A stretch of 32,000 nucleotides of DNA, from contig JBHLKY010000018.1 of the NCBI GenBank assembly GCA_048886185.1, forward strand, positions 67,992-99,991. Direction: 5' to 3'. Below the pieces are notes generated by a model. It saw nothing but the letters and a program-made list of their open reading frames with translations. It made no database searches and was not told the origin of the DNA. Below are positions 9,461 through 16,430 of this stretch, one piece after another. Position numbers and translations under genes: made by a program. This DNA is from Candidatus Hermodarchaeota archaeon. Lineage in GTDB: Archaea; Asgardarchaeota; Heimdallarchaeia; Hodarchaeales; Hodarchaeaceae. Position 1 is the first letter of the stretch. The number at the start of each line of letters is the position of its first letter.

Positions 9461-10353
9461 ACACGAAAATAGGCGTTGTAACTGACAGTATGTGTGATTT
9501 ACCATCAAGCACTTCTGAAAAATATGGAATTATAGTTGTCCCAGGTATTGTATATGTTAATGGAAATCCCTTCCATAGTGGTGTGGATATTCATCCTGAA
9601 GATATCCAAACCATAATAGAAGACAAAGAGAAAAAAATTCAAACAGGAGCACCATCTCCTGCTGCTTATTATATGGCCTACGAGAATCTATATGATAAGG
9701 TAGATATTATATTAAGTTTACATTGCCCTATCAAACATTCAGGAGTGTTGAACGCAGCCAAAGCAGGTGCAAGACGTTTAGAAGACTCATCTCGGGTTGT
9801 TCACTTTGAGTGTGGAGTCGCGACTATTGGTTTAGGAATTACAGCTGTAGCAACAGCAATCAAATCACAACAAATCGAAACTAAACAGGAATTAATACGT
9901 CTAGTTCAAGAGTATTGTACAAAGATCCAGATAATAGGAACCCTAGAGTCCTTTAAATATCTTCAAAGAAGTGGTAGATTAGGCCTAAAAGTTGCGGGTT
10001 GGATTGCTAGTACTTTATCTATAAAACCTGTTCTTTTGATGAGAAATTCTGATATATTTCTGTTAAAAAAACCCCGAGATAGAAAGGTGGCTCTTAATCA
10101 GCTTATTTATAATCTATCTAAGAAGATCGATAAAGAAATTAATCCAAAAATTATTGGAATTAGTCACTTCGGATGTGAGGGAGAATTAAATGAAATAGAA
10201 AAGAAAATAAAAGGAATACTGCCAAATCATATGATTATTAGAGGTTATGCAGATCCAATGGTTGCTGCTAATACTGGACCAGGATTAGTATTAATAGCCT
10301 ACTTCGCTAATTTTATGGATAATTTAGATAATGGAATAAAAATAAATGCTTGA
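9457..10353 (+). CDS. fakB: DegV-family fatty-acid-binding protein (FakB-like)
   Basis: IGVVTDSMCDLP, QTGAPSP, HSGVLNAA, LQRSGRLG, LSIKPVL and NTGPG. ATGA overlap with the fakA stop. Confidence 0.9.
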   Translation: MNTKIGVVTDSMCDLPSSTSEKYGIIVVPGIVYVNGNPFHSGVDIHPEDIQTIIEDKEKKIQTGAPSPAAYYMAYENLYDKVDIILSLHCPIKHSGVLNAAKAGARRLEDSSRVVHFECGVATIGLGITAVATAIKSQQIETKQELIRLVQEYCTKIQIIGTLESFKYLQRSGRLGLKVAGWIASTLSIKPVLLMRNSDIFLLKKPRDRKVALNQLIYNLSKKIDKEINPKIIGISHFGCEGELNEIEKKIKGILPNHMIIRGYADPMVAANTGPGLVLIAYFANFMDNLDNGIKINA

Positions 10354-11011
10354 AATCATATTTTCAGGAATATTTGGCTACTTAACAGGATCAATTTTCA
10401 TTTCTTATTATTGGGGAAAAATAAATGGTATTGATTTAACAAAAGAGGGGACAGGGCAATTAGGCGCATCGAATACAGGTCGAAACTTGGGATGGCCTGC
10501 TATGGTAGTAGTTGGGTTATTTGATATATTAAAAGCCACAATTACTCTTACAATCTTGCATTTCTTTTTCAATCATATGGTTCCTTCTCCCCATTATGAA
10601 GTTTTATTAATAACTGGCAGTTTAGGGATTGTTTTAGGCCATATAAAATCCTTATGGATTTGGTTAGAAAAACATGATTGGTATGGAGGAAAAGGAGGTG
10701 CACCCTTTGGAGGAATTCTTTTGTTTCTATCATTGGAAAGCTTCATTATTTTATATGTTGTATTAATGGTTTTTCTGCAACTACTAAAGCTGTTTATATT
10801 GAAAGGAGGATCATATGATAACTTCTCAACAAATGTTATTGTTGTTTTATTGTCTCCTTTTGTCATTCTTTGGTTTACAGGAAAAATTTTATACTTCATT
10901 TTAGTACTCCTAATAATTGGTACAATCATTTTCTTTGAAAGGGAGAAAATCGCTAGTGTACTCACGATTACATTATTAAAGGGATCTAGAGAAGCAATAG
11001 ACGAATCATAA
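10346..11011 (+). CDS. plsY: Acyl-phosphate:glycerol-phosphate acyltransferase PlsY-like membrane protein
   Basis: GYLTGSI, GTGQLGASNTGRNLG (motif 1), FDILKA, LGH and GGKGGA (motif 2), in a multi-TM protein. Overlaps the fakB stop by 8 nt. Motif 3 is divergent. Confidence 0.85.
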   Translation: MLEIIFSGIFGYLTGSIFISYYWGKINGIDLTKEGTGQLGASNTGRNLGWPAMVVVGLFDILKATITLTILHFFFNHMVPSPHYEVLLITGSLGIVLGHIKSLWIWLEKHDWYGGKGGAPFGGILLFLSLESFIILYVVLMVFLQLLKLFILKGGSYDNFSTNVIVVLLSPFVILWFTGKILYFILVLLIIGTIIFFEREKIASVLTITLLKGSREAIDES

Positions 11012-11062
11012 TAAGCTGAACGTATCTAAAAATTTTTTAAGAAAATTCCCCTTTGTAAGAAT

Positions 11063-11866
11063 ATGAGTATTGAGCGAGCAATTTATGAAATAAAAACAAA
11101 GCACGGAACAGCCCGTCTAATAAATAAAACTGTGGATCGAAGGGGTCTTCCAGTTCTTTTTGTTCATGGATTTGGTAGTTCACCTGAAATTTGGTTTAAA
11201 TATCCTGATAGCCTTGGAAAATTCTTTTTACAAAAAAAAGAGATTGATGTATGGAGTTTAGGATTGTCAAACGCTATTAGTGGTGATATTGAGGTTCTCG
11301 CACAGGAAGATCTCTACACTTCATTGAGCTTTATATTCGAGAGGAGTGAAACACTGATTCATATCATTGCTCATAGTGTCGGGGGAATCATAGTGAGATT
11401 TCTTTTATGTCCCCATTTTCAGCATTCTGATTTAAAACCTGAAGAACTTGTTCAAGGAGTTTCCCTTCTATCTGTACCAAATCATGGAACTAATAAATTT
11501 AAGAGTGATAGAATTTGGAACACAATGAGTCTTATTACTAATTATATTAGGTTTAATCAATTATTTGTTCAAGTACTTCGATCAAGTGAACTTATTAATG
11601 CATTGAATAACCAGAAACCATGCTTGAATCCCAAAGTAAAGTGGCAAAATGCGGTCAGTTCTTTCGATAACTTAATTGAACCGGAAAGTATGAGATTTAT
11701 GGAAGAAGAATTGTTAGATATAGATCTTATACAAAAAGAGTTTCCCTGTGATCATATTGTTTACCCTTTAAAATGGCTTTTTAATGACAATTATCCACCC
11801 ATCCATAGATACTCACCTGTTGCTGAGTGGATATATAAGAATGCCTTCACCAAAATCAGTCAATAG
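11063..11866 (+). CDS. Alpha/beta-hydrolase, lipase/esterase-like
   Basis: Oxyanion VHGF, nucleophile elbow AHSVG (11369-11383), PNHGT, and candidate catalytic Asp (FDNLI) and His (CDHIV). No evident signal peptide. Confidence 0.85.
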   Translation: MSIERAIYEIKTKHGTARLINKTVDRRGLPVLFVHGFGSSPEIWFKYPDSLGKFFLQKKEIDVWSLGLSNAISGDIEVLAQEDLYTSLSFIFERSETLIHIIAHSVGGIIVRFLLCPHFQHSDLKPEELVQGVSLLSVPNHGTNKFKSDRIWNTMSLITNYIRFNQLFVQVLRSSELINALNNQKPCLNPKVKWQNAVSSFDNLIEPESMRFMEEELLDIDLIQKEFPCDHIVYPLKWLFNDNYPPIHRYSPVAEWIYKNAFTKISQ

Positions 11867-12136
11867 CAAAACTTGTGTTTATAATATTGAGTTTTTAAGA
11901 TAGTGTCTTCGAATTGAACCTCCTTGACCTTGAATTAAAGAGAAAATTAAATGGCATGTAAATATTGTTTGCTACAAATTTATTATGACCGGGAAATCAA
12001 TAAGAAATCTTTCATTGATGTTGTAATGGATGAATTTTCAAACGAATTTTCCAGTTATGTGTACTTAATCATAGCAAAAGATAGTTGTTAATACATAATC
12101 GTCGTAAGCATCTCTAAATATGTTTTTCTTGTTGTA

Positions 12137-12676
12137 TCATTTATATATCTGTAGAAACTCATATTTTTCGGGATTATCTTCTTTAATTGCTTCAGCAGCA
12201 AGTTTAACATCAATTTGGATAATTGGTTCTAATTGTTTCCTCAATTCTTTCGGATCCTGTGATTTTCTTGTGAACAAAAATAGAGCTTTCCACAGGTGGC
12301 CTTCAACAAGATTGATTGCTTCTTTTGTATTTATCTTGAATACTGGATCAAAATTTTCTCTAAAAGTATTCTCATCATTAGTTTCACTCACAGAGAAAAT
12401 TAATAATTTCCAGATGTGTTCTCTGACTTTACCTGTGTCAATTTTGACTATTGGTTCTAGTTGTTTCCTCAATTCATCTGGATCCTGCAATTCTCTTGTT
12501 AAAGAGTATAATGTTGACCAAAAAGAGTCTTCAACTAGTTCAAATGCTTCATTTGAATTTATTTTAAATATTGGCTCATATTTTTCCCTAAAAGCCCCCT
12601 CATCACCGATTGTACTGGTTAAGGAACAAACTAACATCCAGAAATGCTTTTTGATCTTTTCTTGGTATTCTCCCAT
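12137..12676 (-). CDS. Helical repeat protein (2 x 76 aa, each with 2 sub-repeats)
   Basis: QDPDELRKQLEPIVKID and QDPKELRKQLEPIIQID, plus FREKYEPIFKIN and FRENFDPVFKIN. The DNA repeat has a 228-nt period (12223 vs 12451). Confidence 0.85.
   Translation of the reverse strand: MGEYQEKIKKHFWMLVCSLTSTIGDEGAFREKYEPIFKINSNEAFELVEDSFWSTLYSLTRELQDPDELRKQLEPIVKIDTGKVREHIWKLLIFSVSETNDENTFRENFDPVFKINTKEAINLVEGHLWKALFLFTRKSQDPKELRKQLEPIIQIDVKLAAEAIKEDNPEKYEFLQIYK
12223..12487. repeat. Intragenic direct repeat, 228-nt period
   Basis: ttggttctaattgtttcctcaattctttcggatcctg (12223) vs ttggttctagttgtttcctcaattcatctggatcctg (12451). Confidence 0.9.
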
Positions 12677-12990
12677 ATCATCACCGATTTGAGTCTATGG
12701 ATACTAAAGTTCTTTCTTCTTGTTTTATTAAAAAAGATAATTTAAACATATTATATTTTGTCCATCATGTTAAATCTTTTCTGTCAGTAAAAATATATTT
12801 TTCGATAATATGTCTTTAAAGTATTCTAAATTAGTGTAAGCTAGTAAAAATAGTGATAAATGCGTCACAGGTATATATCACAATTGGCTTTTTTTCCGTA
12901 TTTGTTTCAAGAGATACGAAAAAAAATCAAGAACTTTTATGGATACTGGTAATCCAACAAATGGTAATACTTCAGTTCAAATTTATCCTA

Positions 12991-13386
12991 TTATTGATCA
13001 TTCTCCTTTGGGTCTGATTTTTTTATTACAATAATTTGATCTGTTCCATCAGGACAACAAGAGTCGACGAATCCGATTACTTTTTGCATCCGAGCGATGA
13101 CCTTTGTAACAATAGTTTTTCCCTCTGAGGTTATTGCGTAGGTTTTTATCCTCTGATCGCGGTCCTCTTCGCCCGTGTTCGTTGTTTCGAGAATAAAGCC
13201 TTTTTCCAATAATTTCTGTAGTATTTTGTAGGTGGCCCCAGGTGTAGGTGACCAATCCTCGCCTAAATCTTCTTTGACTTGATTAACAATCTCTGTCCCT
13301 GAAACATCGTTATGATTATGGAGTACTAGTAAAAATAATGCTTCTGTAGGGGTGACATCGAGGTTTTTGCCAAACATGAGATCCAC
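12991..13386 (-). CDS. PadR-family transcriptional regulator with a C-terminal Cys-Cys pair
   Basis: ALFLLVL...SGTEIV...PTPGATYKILQKLLEKGFI...KTYAITSEGK winged helix, ending in FVDSCCPD. GTG start, or ATG at 13377. Confidence 0.88.
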   Translation of the reverse strand: MDLMFGKNLDVTPTEALFLLVLHNHNDVSGTEIVNQVKEDLGEDWSPTPGATYKILQKLLEKGFILETTNTGEEDRDQRIKTYAITSEGKTIVTKVIARMQKVIGFVDSCCPDGTDQIIVIKKSDPKENDQ

Positions 13387-13435
13387 TTATTCATAATATA
13401 CCTAATTCGATATATTTAAAAATGTTTGTTATAGG

Positions 13436-13456
13436 GAATATTCCTGTGGAATATTC
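13436..13456. promoter_or_regulatory. Perfect inverted repeat in the padR/arsM divergent promoter (candidate operator)
   Basis: GAATATTCC-TGT-GGAATATTC. Each arm also contains the palindrome GAATATTC. Confidence 0.6.
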
Positions 13457-13500
13457 TACTAAATTATTCCTGATCTCTACTATATATGGATTGAAGCAGA

Positions 13501-14451
13501 ATGACAGAACAGAAAATCAAAAAATTGGATGAAAAACAGCCCAGCAGTTATTCCTGCTGCGAATCAGGTTCAAATGAAACAGAAAGCACTGTTCGTGAAT
13601 CTAAAACAGCCCAGGCAGATGAAATTCGTAAAAAAGTTCGTAATCAATACGCTACAATTGCTTCAGGTAACTTTGATCCTGAAAATCCCATTACGGTGGA
13701 AGAATCGTCCAGAGAAGCAAGTGGCTATACCGAGTATTCACAAGATGAACTTTCAAGTCTCCCTAAAGGTGCAAATCTCGGTCTAGGATCTGGTAACCCA
13801 GTTGCATTAGCAAATATCCAAGAAGGGGAAACAGTTGTAGACTTGGGTTCTGGAGCAGGTATAGATTGTTTCTTAGCTGCCAAAAAGGTTGGTGAGTCGG
13901 GAAAAGTTATCGGAATTGACATGACACCTGAAATGATTGATAAGGCCCGAAATAACGCAAGACAAAATAAGTATCACACAGTTGAGTTCCGACTTGGCGA
14001 AATTGAACATCTACCTCTTGCAGACAATTCTGTTGATGTTATTGTCTCTAATTGCGTCATCAATTTGTCTCCTGATAAATCACAGGTGTTTAGAGATGCC
14101 TATCGTGTTTTAAAACCAGGAGGCCGATTGGTTGTTTCTGATATAGTTCTTAATCATGAATTCCCCGAAGTTGTGAAAAAAGCTCTAGATATGCCCGGGT
14201 GTGTATCGAGAGCGTGGATTAAAGAAGACTATCTAGGTGTAATTGAGGCAGCTGGTTTTGAAAGAGCGGAACTTCTCGAAGCGGAGCTTATCAAACCTCA
14301 AAAACAGCCTATTGAAGTAGGTGATGGTTTGAGAATACGAAAGCTTCGAACATACGACAAAGAGGTTGAAATCGAACTTACTCCAGAAGAGGATGAACGA
14401 TTACTCAATACAATTATGAAGGGCCACATTCGAGCTTATAAACCATTTTAG
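13501..14451 (+). CDS. arsM: Arsenite methyltransferase ArsM-like
   Basis: LGLGSGNP, VDLGSGAGIDCFLAA (SAM motif), VIGIDMTPEMI, FRLGEIEHLP, SNCVINLSPDK, VLKPGGR and PGCV. N-terminal SCC. Confidence 0.88.
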   Translation: MTEQKIKKLDEKQPSSYSCCESGSNETESTVRESKTAQADEIRKKVRNQYATIASGNFDPENPITVEESSREASGYTEYSQDELSSLPKGANLGLGSGNPVALANIQEGETVVDLGSGAGIDCFLAAKKVGESGKVIGIDMTPEMIDKARNNARQNKYHTVEFRLGEIEHLPLADNSVDVIVSNCVINLSPDKSQVFRDAYRVLKPGGRLVVSDIVLNHEFPEVVKKALDMPGCVSRAWIKEDYLGVIEAAGFERAELLEAELIKPQKQPIEVGDGLRIRKLRTYDKEVEIELTPEEDERLLNTIMKGHIRAYKPF

Positions 14452-14607
14452 ACCTTTAGATCTGAAATTATCACTAGGTTTTTAGAGAAATTGTCTTTGA
14501 TCTTCGGATTATCTCATCCTTTTTTTCTCTTTTAAACTAAGTCAATTATTAAAGTTTGAGGCATAAATGGTTGAAATAAAATCACATAATTGAACTGAAA
14601 GAAGAAA

Positions 14608-15261
14608 TCATTGAAATAGCAGAGTTTCAGAGTTTATAGAACCAAAAATATGAATTAAAATTCCAAGAATCTCGTTTAAATGAGCAATGATAAGCTCTTC
14701 ATCAATTTTATAAGGACACCAAGCAAGGTAAAGAACATTATTCGTTTTTAGTGTTATAGATGTCCTTCTTGCTGGTCCATACAGAATAGAGGCAAGTAAG
14801 CCTTCATGATCTTTAAGAACCACATCATTCGCTTTCAATATTTGCTTTTGGCCATTTATCTTGAGGTAACTCTCTCCTCCTCGTGAGATGTCGAAAAATA
14901 AATCACCTTGAATCGAATCCAGATCATGCCCAGAAGTCAAAATTCTATTATTCAACTCTGATATAAACATACTATCCACTAGCACAGAAACTTGAGGAAA
15001 TCTCCCACCTCTTTTTATCGTGTTAATCTGGTACTCTATGGGATAAGTTTTATTCCAGATCTTGAAATATGCATTGTAATTCTGTATCATGCTGTCTAGA
15101 TCCACATTATCATAATCTTCTCTTATTTCTCTTTCTAAGTCTCGTTTACGTTCTTCTAATGCATTATAACTCTTCTCATTCAACACATTCTTTACTGTAA
15201 GACTTCCGAATATCGATTCAGGATATGCCTTTTTCAAATCAGGCGTGACTTGTATGTCCAT
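14608..15261 (-). CDS. B3/B4-domain protein (standalone PheRS-beta editing-domain-like)
   Basis: FPQVSVLVD....EL....TSGHDLDSIQG, GESYLKING, DVVLKD and RRTSIT match the standalone B3/4 pattern. Confidence 0.8.
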   Translation of the reverse strand: MDIQVTPDLKKAYPESIFGSLTVKNVLNEKSYNALEERKRDLEREIREDYDNVDLDSMIQNYNAYFKIWNKTYPIEYQINTIKRGGRFPQVSVLVDSMFISELNNRILTSGHDLDSIQGDLFFDISRGGESYLKINGQKQILKANDVVLKDHEGLLASILYGPARRTSITLKTNNVLYLAWCPYKIDEELIIAHLNEILGILIHIFGSINSETLLFQ

Positions 15262-15602
15262 CTCCTAAAAACATCCAAGAATAAATAGATTACATAATTA
15301 GGGGTACTATAAATACTTTCATTATATAATTATTCTCTCCTGAAAAACACATCCTCTAAATATCACATATTCAATTCAAAATAAAAACTAATTTAGTATG
15401 CTATAAGGGATACAGGAAAAAACAACTATAGAGAGGGTAAACAAATGGTCAAAAGCATCCAAAGATAAATATTCTAAACTTAGTTAAATAATGAGAAAAC
15501 TGGATGAAGAAGAGATTTTAACCTCATGAATACATTGATGAAACTTCCAATAGACATATAGGGACTCGTAGTGAAATTTATTTAATGGACAAAAGTGAGA
15601 CC

Positions 15603-16430
15603 TTATCTTTCCATCCGTGTTCTAAGAAGTATCTCTTTAATTCTAGTATAAAATCCATTAAATCGATCAATACTTCTAGAGTCAATCATTAATATTAATC
15701 CAAAAGTGATTAATATATTAGTAACCAAGAAAAATAAAAATTCTTCAATAGGTAACATTCCTGCTAGGAGAATCCCTGTTGATGTATTTATATTAATAGT
15801 CCAGACCCCCTCTCCAATGGCAATCGCATCTACAACAGCTAGATAAATTGTAGAAACAGATATGACTGAGATTAGGTCTCGTCTTGACAACCAGAGAATG
15901 TCAGCTCCATAGATCAACTGAATTATTATTGGAGGTATCCCCCACAAAAGTATTAAATTTAGATAAGTTAAAGATTCTATTTTGTTGATAAATATAATAA
16001 AGGAAACCAACCAAATAATAAAAAAACTCAATGACGAAATCAACCGTAAATTTTGTTTCAGATCATAATGATTGTCCTTATTTGTTTTCTGAAGCTGGAT
16101 CCATCCAAATATTAATCCTATTAAGAGAGTTTGGAATACAAAAAAGGCATATTCTTCAATTGGCACAAAACCAATTAAAATACCTATAATTTTCGAATTC
16201 TCATAATACCAAATAGCATTTTCAACGAGAAAATTATCCCATGGAGTAGTATAAGTAATGGCTACAACTATTAAAATCGTTAAAGCAATTAAGATTCTTT
16301 TTATCATCGTTTTCTGATTTTCTTCCCCTTCCTGATATTTTCTACGGTAAAGAATAGTGACAACCGCTAAAGGTAACCCAATAAAGATAAGGAGGAAAGT
16401 AAAATATGATAACACTATTTTCTCTTCCAT
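15603..16430 (-). CDS. crtY: Lycopene cyclase, heterodimeric CrtYc/d type fused as two domains
   Basis: TTPWDNFLV...IW.Y, GFVPIEEYAFF and a second copy VDAIAIGEGVW...LPIEEFLFF. Multi-TM. TAATG overlap with crtI. Confidence 0.88.
   Translation of the reverse strand: MEEKIVLSYFTFLLIFIGLPLAVVTILYRRKYQEGEENQKTMIKRILIALTILIVVAITYTTPWDNFLVENAIWYYENSKIIGILIGFVPIEEYAFFVFQTLLIGLIFGWIQLQKTNKDNHYDLKQNLRLISSLSFFIIWLVSFIIFINKIESLTYLNLILLWGIPPIIIQLIYGADILWLSRRDLISVISVSTIYLAVVDAIAIGEGVWTININTSTGILLAGMLPIEEFLFFLVTNILITFGLILMIDSRSIDRFNGFYTRIKEILLRTRMER

Noticed and set aside
10594-10965. 123-aa minus-strand ORF
   Set aside because: Antisense shadow of plsY.
12120-12692. 190-aa plus-strand ORF with its own apparent repeats
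   Set aside because: Mirror of the minus-strand repeat gene. It is S/F-rich and reads as antisense.
13049-13922. ORFs 13049-13255, 13529-13786 and 13725-13922
   Set aside because: Alternate-frame or antisense overlaps of padR and arsM.
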